Origin: Candidatus Hydrothermarchaeales archaeon
GTDB lineage: Archaea > Hydrothermarchaeota > Hydrothermarchaeia > Hydrothermarchaeales > JAZGAD01
Assembly (NCBI GenBank): GCA_036444275.1
Contig: JAZGAD010000043.1
Location: forward strand, 1-44,800
DNA: 44,800 nt
Direction of reading: 5' to 3'
Below are positions 20,401-27,951 of the stretch, piece after piece. A program made the translations under genes and the position numbers. The notes below the pieces were generated by a model, which was given only the letters and a program-made list of their open reading frames with translations, was not told the origin of the DNA and ran no database searches. Position 1 is the first letter of the stretch. Every line of letters starts with the position of its first letter.

Positions 20401-22060
20401 TAAGACGGAGGCCTGGAACAGCATCATAAACTACACGATAAACGCCGTGAACTTCTCCAACGAGGAGGTCTTCTTGAACCTGACGGTTATCGACTCTAGC
20501 GGCTACATCAGCAACAAGCCTAGCGCTAACGGGAGCATCCATCTCGCGGAGGAAGGGGTCAAAGTGAACTTCACCAATCTAAACGAGTTGCGCAGCCTCT
20601 CGAGCAACATCGTCGTCCACGATCTAATCACGGACGCCAACACTAGCACCTTCTCAGCAGTCATCAAAGATGGCAAGATGAACGTCACCAAGGATGGTGT
20701 ACTCCAGGAGCTGGATGTCAACGCTGGTATTATCACGATCTTCAGCGACACGTCCATGGGTATCGACGTGGGTATGAACTTCACCGACACTATGGACGCA
20801 AATATGGGTGTCGCCGTCATTACGATAAACCCCGGTGGAGTGGCGCTTCCGAGCAAGGCACAAGGCACCAACTTCACCCACCTCTCCGCGCCAGGTGCGA
20901 ACAAGAGCAACATGAATGCGCGCCTATGCATGAAGTTCCCATCGAACCTCGACACCAGCACCGTCAAGATACACTACTTCAACGAGACGGGTGGTGCATG
21001 GGAGGACTATACGACAGAGATCGTAGGCAGTAAGGCATGTGCCAATACCACTCACTTCTCAGTCTATGGAATAAGCGGAGCTGTACAACAGCAACAACAA
21101 CCATCTGGAGGTGGAGGTGGTGCCGCACCTGCCACAGATAAATCGGCTGATGCTACGGAGGTTACGCCTACTGATGCTGATGTAGCCGCGCAGGTGGAGG
21201 CCTCTTTCACGTCGATAGCGGCGGGTAAGAAGGGTACTATATCGGTTCCTGATACAGAGAACATGCCTTTGACGGAGATAGCGATAAAGGTGAAGAACAA
21301 GGTCTCTAATGTTAAGGTGGTGGTTAAATCCCTTACCTCGAAGCCAGCGAATATTACCACGAATGTTAGTGGCGAGGTCCTAAGGTACCTCAAGGTGGAG
21401 CACGAGAACATTGAGGATGCTGACATAGATAATGTGACTTTCAAGTTCAAGGTGGAGAAGACGTGGATGACTGAGAAGAATATAGACCCAGCTGCGGTTG
21501 TGTTGAATAGGTATAGTGAGGACACGTGGAATGCGCTGACTACGACGAAGGTGAGTGAGGATTCCAACTATACCTATTATTCGGCTGAGTCGCCTGGACT
21601 CTCGGTCTTCGCAATATCTGGATCGGTAATTGAAGCCGAGGTCACCTCAACTCCAACGCCTACGCCCACACCTACTACTGCACCTCCGGCTACTACTGCG
21701 CCTCCGGCTACTACTGCGCCTCCAGTTGTGACTACTGTTTCGCCGACTACTACGCTTCCGCCCACGACTCCAGCTCCTACACCAGTGACTACTCCTACGC
21801 CAACGCCTACGCCCAAGCCCCTGTACAAGAGGCTCGGGTTCGTCTTGCTAGTGCTCATCGTGCTGTTAGCGGGCATAGTCTATGTTCTGGATAGGCAGGG
21901 CAGGATAAGTGTACGGGAGGAGCTGGAGAAGCTTAGGGAGAAGTATGGACGTGGGGAGAAAGAAGAAAAGGAAGAGATGGAGCCAGTAGGGGAAAGGGAA
22001 GAAGAGAAGGTAGAAGAGGTAGAGCCGGAGAAGGAAGGAGAAGAAAATCCAGGAACTTAA
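17450..22060 (+). CDS. Giant cell-surface glycoprotein (NosD/CASH beta-helix, Asp-rich Ca-binding repeats, hexapeptide repeats, PGF-pre-PGF, P/T linker, TM, acidic tail)
   Basis: Signal peptide; YGIEL..SNNNTIENN repeats; DFDGDGVLDGFDKCP and DSDGDGMDD motifs; hexapeptide repeats ~19900-20430; KFKVEKTW...SPGLSVFAI; C-terminal TM; many NxS/T sequons. Start TTG 17450 or GTG 17453. Confidence 0.88.
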   Translation: MVAKLGVVLNYSVVIFVLVAFLALAGSVNATVTSGTHVILHLDGDGFDFSTNTTVGLGSADIRYGEIDHLIPISDKIKDLGSAPFESYTTIDLTGSVDQVWVEEAGHTYGLETAEGHFAKVYVVYIDAFEVELNWTYQDDGTNNFGGGEGGVAANLVVNNTPDDACTTGDAYYTTITAAVEASANGGNITVCPGTYIDNVFISGITDLDILSYSQNPSDTIVTALDPAMHVFDITNEFGAAGGVKIAGFTVTGVTQGHGEPDPSGRSAFALLEQGDAHINNNIITGNMYGIELYQSNNNTIENNTVISNTDHGIELDESTGNDIYNNTISSNTNIGIELHFSNDNNIYDNFITSSTGTGILVELGGSDNRIYNNLFNNPTNFDVTSAGINKWNTTNSSGPNIVGGPYLGGNVWAKQDGTGLSQICDDVDSDKICDSPHILESGNVDYLPLALDFDGDGVLDGFDKCPNTPQGAAVDERGCPEGSYHLDDSDGDGMDDQFEKDFWCLDPNIADADADPDNDTFSNIKEFYGYSDPCYGGSIPTGGIGPPPEFGMENFSWFGKTNTNITFNETNVTISVWNGTHNLVVNGTLNNTRLCNDTVGGSNFYVYHFEAEILTASNQKIGGMGAGIMNFTNKNKSISEGTDILVASPMGPGAQLAFTPYGSMLGIDPSFNGSITIDVSSIPLAPTEPGEKNCTKVGDFNITSGNLTGFTNIIAGGLGFNFFGKGFKFGGNMSFDPNLSIDERKKMENWNTSIVFGDNVNFVGIPDYMPFGAIIPNGSTIGAMKYFGKITGGYGGFFDGDFIGDDIHFEPFVTMYNGSRIFNDVRVGQNATIGNFTEIGNFTEIGPLVEFDQFVRVGMFADIMAGAKIKENASIGFGALIGNNSFVGKLVNIMDNATIGKSVRIYDDANVGKYTIIENFAEIFNNSILGENVTIGQYAKIRRDAKIWDGSIVGNKSSVGEGSEVYESRLYDYVSIGPNIILNKTEAWNSIINYTINAVNFSNEEVFLNLTVIDSSGYISNKPSANGSIHLAEEGVKVNFTNLNELRSLSSNIVVHDLITDANTSTFSAVIKDGKMNVTKDGVLQELDVNAGIITIFSDTSMGIDVGMNFTDTMDANMGVAVITINPGGVALPSKAQGTNFTHLSAPGANKSNMNARLCMKFPSNLDTSTVKIHYFNETGGAWEDYTTEIVGSKACANTTHFSVYGISGAVQQQQQPSGGGGGAAPATDKSADATEVTPTDADVAAQVEASFTSIAAGKKGTISVPDTENMPLTEIAIKVKNKVSNVKVVVKSLTSKPANITTNVSGEVLRYLKVEHENIEDADIDNVTFKFKVEKTWMTEKNIDPAAVVLNRYSEDTWNALTTTKVSEDSNYTYYSAESPGLSVFAISGSVIEAEVTSTPTPTPTPTTAPPATTAPPATTAPPVVTTVSPTTTLPPTTPAPTPVTTPTPTPTPKPLYKRLGFVLLVLIVLLAGIVYVLDRQGRISVREELEKLREKYGRGEKEEKEEMEPVGEREEEKVEEVEPEKEGEENPGT
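21100..21630 (+). repeat. Copy 1 of a dispersed ~0.5 kb PGF-pre-PGF coding cassette
   Basis: Identical tracts 21246-21292, 21398-21438 and 21527-21593 match copy 2 at a constant offset of 23058; outer boundaries approximate. Confidence 0.9.
21672..21725 (+). repeat. 18 bp tandem repeat x3 encoding the TTAPP(A/V) linker
   Basis: CTACTACTGC(A/G)CCTCC(G/A)G three times in tandem. Confidence 0.9.
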
Positions 22061-22207
22061 GAAGTAGAACTCCGGCGTCCGCTGTGTCCCGACTTACGCG
22101 TAACTTTCTCACAAACCTACAAGACCACCAGGGACGTCTATAAGAACAACAGCTAATGCAGTGATTCTCTATTCCTAGCCGAAGGGCAGTCTTCGTCTTA
22201 CCACATA

Positions 22208-22268
22208 TCTTTAAGTAGTTAAAGAATACATTTAAATATGATGATTTTCATTATACAATATAGTGAAA
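22208..22268. promoter_or_regulatory. TATA-like box flanked by two inverted repeats upstream of a TA-like module
   Basis: TCTTTAA-N4-TTAAAGA (22208-22225), TTTAAATA (22231-22238), TTTCATTATA-CAA-TATAGTGAAA (22246-22268, 9/10 match). Confidence 0.5.
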
Positions 22269-22272
22269 GGAA

Positions 22273-22524
22273 TTGGCTGAGTATGACATTGAAACTTGTG
22301 AGCTCTCTGCAAGCAAGCACTTCAAAAACACGTGGATGAGGAAATGGAACTGGGATTACATCGACTTGCGGAATGCAATAAAGAATGCATATAAAACTGA
22401 GAGAGTCGGGAAGAAAAAATACGAAGCATACATCCGAGGTAAAAGTGGTTCAAGGAAAATGATATTCGTTTACTACGCCGAGTTTAATGCCATATTTGTA
22501 ATAACAGGAGCTGAAGGAAAATGA
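22273..22524 (+). CDS. Small basic DUF4258/RelE-fold-like putative toxin
   Basis: SKHF near the N-terminus, beta-rich C-half ending IFVITG, ATGA overlap with the downstream Zn-finger gene. Confidence 0.6.
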   Translation: MAEYDIETCELSASKHFKNTWMRKWNWDYIDLRNAIKNAYKTERVGKKKYEAYIRGKSGSRKMIFVYYAEFNAIFVITGAEGK

Positions 22525-22865
22525 AGGAAAAAAGATGTCCTGTGTGCGAGGAAGGAAGCTTGACTCGGGTAGACGATATCCTCTCAGAAGTAGAGGGATA
22601 CATATTCATCGAGAAAGGAGAGCGTTGCACCCATTGCGGGGAGGAATTCATCTCCGAAAAAGAAGGACAGAGGATGATAAATATCGCGAAAAGGCTTAGA
22701 ATCTGGGGGAAGCCCCTTAAACTCTATAGAAAGCTGTCGAAGAGTGCTAGAGGAACAGTTTTAAGGATCCCAACCGACATCGAGAAAAACCTTGGTATAA
22801 AGGGCGACGAAAAGGTTGCAATTTCAAAGAGCGGTGAGAATAAAATAGTGATCGAGGTATTATAA
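22521..22865 (+). CDS. YgiT/MqsA-type zinc finger fused to an AbrB-like DNA-binding domain (putative antitoxin)
   Basis: CPVC...CTHCGEEF followed by KLSKSARGTVLRIPTDIEKNLGIKGDEKV. Confidence 0.8.
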   Translation: MKEKRCPVCEEGSLTRVDDILSEVEGYIFIEKGERCTHCGEEFISEKEGQRMINIAKRLRIWGKPLKLYRKLSKSARGTVLRIPTDIEKNLGIKGDEKVAISKSGENKIVIEVL

Positions 22866-22986
22866 CTTCCCTCGACAAAAATCACGGGGTTTCTCACTTC
22901 TTTACCGAGCTTGCCCTTGTGGTTAATCTCAGTAACTGAGGGCAACCCTTATATTTTAAACAATTACACTTATCCTTGGTGATAGC

Positions 22987-23223
22987 TTGCTTTGGGAAGT
23001 GCGCATAGCCTATAAGCCAGGGGTACAGGATAGTGAAGGGGAGAGCACTCTAGAAGGATTAAAGACTCTTGGCTTCACTCAAATTGAGGACGTGCATACC
23101 GCTAAAGTCTACAGGATCAAGGGCGATTACTCAAAAGAAGACATTGAGGAGATGTGCAGGCGTTTATTAGCAAACCCCATAAGCCAGGACTACGAGATCA
23201 CTAGGGTGAAAGGGGAGAAATAG
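22987..23223 (+). CDS. purS: FGAM synthase subunit PurS
   Basis: KPGVQDSEG, LKTLGF, MCRRLLANPISQDY; first gene of purSLQ. Confidence 0.95.
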   Translation: MLWEVRIAYKPGVQDSEGESTLEGLKTLGFTQIEDVHTAKVYRIKGDYSKEDIEEMCRRLLANPISQDYEITRVKGEK

Positions 23224-23225
23224 CC

Positions 23226-25553
23226 TTGGAGATCGACATCCTCAACGCAAGCGACGAGCAACTTCTAGAGATCAGTGAGAAAGGACAGCTCTCGCTCAGC
23301 CTAGAGGAGATGAAGGCGATCAAGGAGCACTTCTCCAAGCTCGGCAGAAAACCAACAGACGTTGAACTCGAGACATTTGCTCAGACATGGAGCGAGCACT
23401 GCGTCCACAAGACTTTCAGGGGCAGCATCGTAACCGAGGACGGCGAGATAGACAATCTCTTGAAGAGCACAGTAGCGAGAGCCACAGAAGAATTGAAGCC
23501 GGAGTGGTGTTTCTCTGTCTTCGAGGACAACGCAGGCATCGTCGACTTCGAGGGCGACACGGCTATAGCCTTCAAGGTGGAGACGCATAACCATCCCTCT
23601 GCTCTGGAGCCCTTCGGAGGAGCTGCGACAGGCATAGGCGGCGTCATCAGAGACATATTGGGGGTATGGGGCGAGCCCATAGCAAATACTGATGTGCTCT
23701 GCTTCGGCCCTTTAGACTATCCATATGAGAAGCTTCCAAGGGGTGTGAAGCACCCTAGGTTCATCTATACCTACGTGGTCTCAGGCATAGGCAACTACGG
23801 CAACAACATGGGTATACCAACTGTGAACGGCGCTGTAGTCTTCGACGAGGGCTACATCGGCAATCCCCTTGTATTCTGCGGGACCATCGGAATAGTGCCT
23901 AAGAGTCGGTATGCTAGGAACGTGAAGGCAGGGGATATAGTTCTGCTTGCTGGCGGAAAAACAGGTAGAGATGGGATACACGGCGTCACATTCGCATCTG
24001 CTGAGCTCCACGAGGAATCTCAGGATGTCTCAGCCACAGCTGTGCAGATAGGCGACCCGATAGAGGAGGAGAAAATAAAGCGTGCTGTCCTCCAGATAAG
24101 GGACGAAGAGCTAGGCTCAGCCATAACAGACCTGGGCGGAGGAGGCCTATCATCGGCTATGGGGGAGATGTGCCACAGCTACCACCTAGGAGCGAGGATT
24201 CACCTGGATAGGGTGTCCCTGAAGTACCCAAATATGCTTCCATGGGAGATATGGACCTCTGAATCGCAGGAGCGCATGCTCCTCTGCATACCCAAGGAAA
24301 ACCTGGATAGAGCACTAGAAATCTTTCGCAGCGAAGAAGTGGAAGCAACGCCCCTAGGGGAATTCATCGAAGAGGAAAAACTGTGGATAGAATTCGAGGG
24401 CGCGGCAGTCGCCGAGCTGGATATACCTTTTCTGTTTAACGTGCCCTGTATCAAGAGGCGGGCAGAGTGGAAGAAGCCCAGTTTTGAAGAACCAGATTTC
24501 CTACCAAAAGACCTCACTCAAGAGCTACTCTCAGTTATTGCCATGCCAAATATTGCGAGCAAAGAGGCTGTGATAAGAACATATGACCACGAGGTCAAGG
24601 CAGCAACAATCCTGAAGCCCCTTCAGGGCGTGGAATGCGATTCTCCTGGCGATGCCGCAGTATTAAAACCTCTTCCAGGTTCTTGGCGGGGTATATCGAT
24701 ATCTAACGGAATAAACACCTATGGACTGATCGATCCCTACTGGATGGCGGCCAGTGCCATCGACGAGGCGATAAGGAACAACGTCGCAGTGGGCGGGCGC
24801 AGGATAGCACTGCTGGACAACTTCTGCTGGGGCAATCCAGAGCGCAGCGACCGCCTAGGTGGGCTAGTGAGAGCTGCTGAAGCATGCTATGATATTGCAA
24901 AGAGCTATGGAACACCCTTCATATCAGGCAAAGACAGCCTGTACAACGAATCCTCTTTCGGCCCAGTGCTGCCGACACTCTTAATCTCTGCATTGGGGAT
25001 AGTGCCAGATGTCAGGAAGGCAGTATCCATGGATGTGAAGGAAGCGGGGGATTGTATATACCTCCTTGGTGAAACAAGAAATGAACTGGGAGGATCACAT
25101 TACTACCGGCTCAAAGGCTACGTCGGCAACCGCGTCCCGATAGTCAAAGCCGATGAGGCAAAGAAGATTATGGATGGGCTGCTAAAGGCTATGGACGCAG
25201 GGATTGTAAAAGCGTGCCACGACCTATCTGAAGGCGGCCTAGCGGTAGCAGCGGCAGAGATGGCGTTTGCAGGCGGGGTAGGCATGGAGATCAATATAAC
25301 TGAGGCTCCAACTGCAGGCAGGATGAGAGAGGATTACCTGCTCTTCTCTGAATCAAATAGCAGATTCCTTGTGGAAGTGGGAGATAGTAATGCAGGGGAA
25401 TTCGAGAAGTTTATGAGCGGAAGCTATGCCAAGGTAGGCACGACGATAGAGGAGGAAAAGCTCAGGATCATCATGGGTAATGGCAGACCAATTTCAGCCA
25501 GCTTATCTGAGTTGAAAAACGCCTGGAAGGGCGGATTGGAGGGAAAGAAGTGA
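23226..25553 (+). CDS. purL: FGAM synthase subunit PurL
   Basis: TWSEHC.HK, FKVETHNHPS, GRDGIHG, DLGGGG, SESQERM, HDLSEGGL. Confidence 0.99.
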   Translation: MEIDILNASDEQLLEISEKGQLSLSLEEMKAIKEHFSKLGRKPTDVELETFAQTWSEHCVHKTFRGSIVTEDGEIDNLLKSTVARATEELKPEWCFSVFEDNAGIVDFEGDTAIAFKVETHNHPSALEPFGGAATGIGGVIRDILGVWGEPIANTDVLCFGPLDYPYEKLPRGVKHPRFIYTYVVSGIGNYGNNMGIPTVNGAVVFDEGYIGNPLVFCGTIGIVPKSRYARNVKAGDIVLLAGGKTGRDGIHGVTFASAELHEESQDVSATAVQIGDPIEEEKIKRAVLQIRDEELGSAITDLGGGGLSSAMGEMCHSYHLGARIHLDRVSLKYPNMLPWEIWTSESQERMLLCIPKENLDRALEIFRSEEVEATPLGEFIEEEKLWIEFEGAAVAELDIPFLFNVPCIKRRAEWKKPSFEEPDFLPKDLTQELLSVIAMPNIASKEAVIRTYDHEVKAATILKPLQGVECDSPGDAAVLKPLPGSWRGISISNGINTYGLIDPYWMAASAIDEAIRNNVAVGGRRIALLDNFCWGNPERSDRLGGLVRAAEACYDIAKSYGTPFISGKDSLYNESSFGPVLPTLLISALGIVPDVRKAVSMDVKEAGDCIYLLGETRNELGGSHYYRLKGYVGNRVPIVKADEAKKIMDGLLKAMDAGIVKACHDLSEGGLAVAAAEMAFAGGVGMEINITEAPTAGRMREDYLLFSESNSRFLVEVGDSNAGEFEKFMSGSYAKVGTTIEEEKLRIIMGNGRPISASLSELKNAWKGGLEGKK

Positions 25554-26335
25554 GCTACGGAGACGTAGATATATGCATCATGCGTGCACCTGGAACTAAC
25601 TGTGACCTCGAAACTAAGCAGGCATTTCTAGAGCTCGGCGCCAAAGCAGATGTGGTCAGGATAGACAAACTCGCATCCCTACCAAAGTATCATGGGTTGG
25701 TCATCCCAGGGGGATTTTCCTACGGCGACCACATCCGCTCAGGTGCGATAATGGGTAAGACCATAAAGACAAAATTTGGCGAGCTACTATCCAGTTTTGC
25801 CGAGGAAGGGAAACCTATTTTGGGTATATGCAACGGCTTCCAGGTGCTAGCTGAAGCAGGGCTGCTGCCTGGACTCGACGCTGGCGAAGCTCAGATTGCC
25901 CTTGGGACGAATTCTTCTTCCAAGTTTGAGTGCAGGTGGGTCTACCTAAGGATGGAGAGCAAAGGAATATTCACCAAAGAGATGCCTAAACTGGTGAGGA
26001 TACCTGTGGCGCATGGCGAGGGGAAGGTAATATTCCAGCCTGGAAGGGAAGAGGAATACCTTGATTTGCTTGAGAAAAACAATCAAATAGCATTCAGATA
26101 CGCTACTAGAGAAGGCGATGCTGCGGGGAGGCAGTATCCTGAAAATCCAAATGGTTCAATCAGCGATATCGCTGGTATATGCAATCCAAGCGGAACCATA
26201 CTTGGAATGATGCCCCACCCGGAGAGAGCCTTCCACAGGTTCATGTATCCCAACTGGACTAGGAGTAATGCTGATGAAAAAGGCGACGGATACTACATCC
26301 TCAGGAATATGCTTGAATATGCGAAGAAGTTTTAG
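25550..26335 (+). CDS. purQ: FGAM synthase glutaminase subunit PurQ
   Basis: PGTNCD, PGGFSYGD, GICNGFQ, AHGEG, MMPHPER. Confidence 0.98.
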   Translation: MSYGDVDICIMRAPGTNCDLETKQAFLELGAKADVVRIDKLASLPKYHGLVIPGGFSYGDHIRSGAIMGKTIKTKFGELLSSFAEEGKPILGICNGFQVLAEAGLLPGLDAGEAQIALGTNSSSKFECRWVYLRMESKGIFTKEMPKLVRIPVAHGEGKVIFQPGREEEYLDLLEKNNQIAFRYATREGDAAGRQYPENPNGSISDIAGICNPSGTILGMMPHPERAFHRFMYPNWTRSNADEKGDGYYILRNMLEYAKKF

Positions 26336-26347
26336 TTCAATCAAATG

Positions 26348-27046
26348 CTAGTCGCAGACCCTCTTCCTAACTTCCCTGTAGTACTCCAACACCGAGCCCA
26401 TATCCCTTCTGAACCGATCCTTGTCCATCACTTCTTTTGTCTCAGCATCCCAGAAGCGGCAAGTGTCAGGAGACACTTCATCTGCCAGCAGTAGGTTTCC
26501 TTTGCTATCCCTACCGAATTCTAGTTTAAAATCTACCAATATGATCCCTCTCTCAACCAAGAACTCCCTAAGGATGTCGTTGATTTTTATGGTTATTTCT
26601 CTTATCTCATCCAACTCTCGTCGATCTCTAGCTGCGCCTAGCGCTATGGCGACGTCGTCATTGAGCATTGGATCGTGATACTCATCGCTCTTGTAGCCGA
26701 ACTCTACTATAGGAGGATCGAGTTCCTGTCCCTCCTTGAATGGATACCTCTTAACCAAACTGCCTGCTGCTGTGTTCCTGCATATCACCTCTAGAGGGAT
26801 AATGGATACCCTTTTTGCGATATGGCGGTTAGGTCTTTCAAAGCGCAAAAAATGAGTCTCAATACCCTTCTCTTCCAGGAGCTCAAAGAATCTAGCAGAG
26901 ATTTCAGCATTCAGGGCTCCCTTCCCCTCCATAGTCGCCAATTTCGCTCCATCGCCGGCTGTAAGATCATTCCTGAATTCGATGACTAGATTTTCGCCTT
27001 CCTGCTGGTAGACACTCTTTGCCTTTCCCTTGTATAGAAGCTCCAT
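26348..27046 (-). CDS. purC: SAICAR synthetase
   Basis: LYKGKAK, IPLEVICRN.AAGS, LVDFKLEFG, LADEVSPDTCRFWD, DKDRFR. Confidence 0.98.
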   Translation of the reverse strand: MELLYKGKAKSVYQQEGENLVIEFRNDLTAGDGAKLATMEGKGALNAEISARFFELLEEKGIETHFLRFERPNRHIAKRVSIIPLEVICRNTAAGSLVKRYPFKEGQELDPPIVEFGYKSDEYHDPMLNDDVAIALGAARDRRELDEIREITIKINDILREFLVERGIILVDFKLEFGRDSKGNLLLADEVSPDTCRFWDAETKEVMDKDRFRRDMGSVLEYYREVRKRVCD

Positions 27047-27179
27047 GCCGCAACGTTGATATCAATTCCTTAAGTTTTTTTCCATCCATCAGTCCATGGC
27101 ATGGGAGTAAGTAGTGGCCGAGTTTTATCGAATAAAACCGAAGAATAAGCATTAAATTTCAACTAGCGACATCGCAGGA

Positions 27180-27869
27180 CTAAGCTTCGTCAACGTTCAC
27201 GTTCTTAACTCTAGCTATTTCCTCTTCATCGATACCAAGCTCCTTTGACAGAAGCTCAACAGAACCTCCGGTTTGCTCCAACACTTCTTTGAGGTATCCG
27301 TCGTAGGTTATGTTGTGGCCCCAGCAGTTAGAGTAGTGCTCCTTCAATATCCTTGCAAAACCCTCCGAGGGAATTGTATAACCTTTCTTTGTGGGTTCTA
27401 CCTCCCCTACAGACTCTGGAACACCGACTATAACGAGTCTATCATCCACAACCATGGAGCGGTGATCGTTTAGGAACAGACAGTTTGTATACCTGACCTC
27501 TGCACCGGCCTTTGCGTATAGGTATCCAATGTACAGCCTGTCCGGGAATTTTGGGATTATGTACCTAACAGGTATCCCTGCCTCCGTGAGCCTTCTTATC
27601 TGTTGAGTAATGTCCTCAATTCGCTTCCTATCCTCGTCGGTTGGCGCTCTACCGGTAATACAGCCAAAGACCTCTTTCTTGGCTTCCTGAAAAGAGTTGA
27701 CGACTGAGGTGAAATACTCCTCTCTTGAGAGAATCTTCGTCGCCTTGGTCATCTCACCCAGCAACTTAGACCTTACTTTCCCCTCCCTGAGGCTATAAAC
27801 CAGGAGGGCGATAGTTACCACTAATAGCACAGACTCAAGGGATAGGAGGATGATCTCAATACTTACCAT
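27180..27869 (-). CDS. Membrane-anchored protein with a degenerate PLD/TrmB-effector-like domain and possible C-terminal HTH
   Basis: N-terminal TM; AKKEV, GIPVRYI, GAEVRY and DHRSMVVDDR match PLD-fold strands; SVELLSKELGIDEEEI is HTH-like. Confidence 0.55.
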   Translation of the reverse strand: MVSIEIILLSLESVLLVVTIALLVYSLREGKVRSKLLGEMTKATKILSREEYFTSVVNSFQEAKKEVFGCITGRAPTDEDRKRIEDITQQIRRLTEAGIPVRYIIPKFPDRLYIGYLYAKAGAEVRYTNCLFLNDHRSMVVDDRLVIVGVPESVGEVEPTKKGYTIPSEGFARILKEHYSNCWGHNITYDGYLKEVLEQTGGSVELLSKELGIDEEEIARVKNVNVDEA

Positions 27870-27951
27870 AGTGCAATGCTTGGGTAATTTAACATCGGCA
27901 AGTTTAGTTTCGGAAGGATGTTATAGCACTATTCGGGAGAGCTATTAAGCA

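Noticed and set aside
21655-21815. CRISPR-like or mobile repeat array
   Set aside because: These are in-frame 18 bp and Pro/Thr codon repeats inside a CDS, with no unique spacers and no cas genes.
22905-22950. Hairpins (TTGCCCT...AGGGCAA, CTCAG-TAA-CTGAG) upstream of purS as a purine riboswitch
   Set aside because: Stems are short and mutually overlapping, lie upstream of the likely TATA box, and lack any recognisable riboswitch core.
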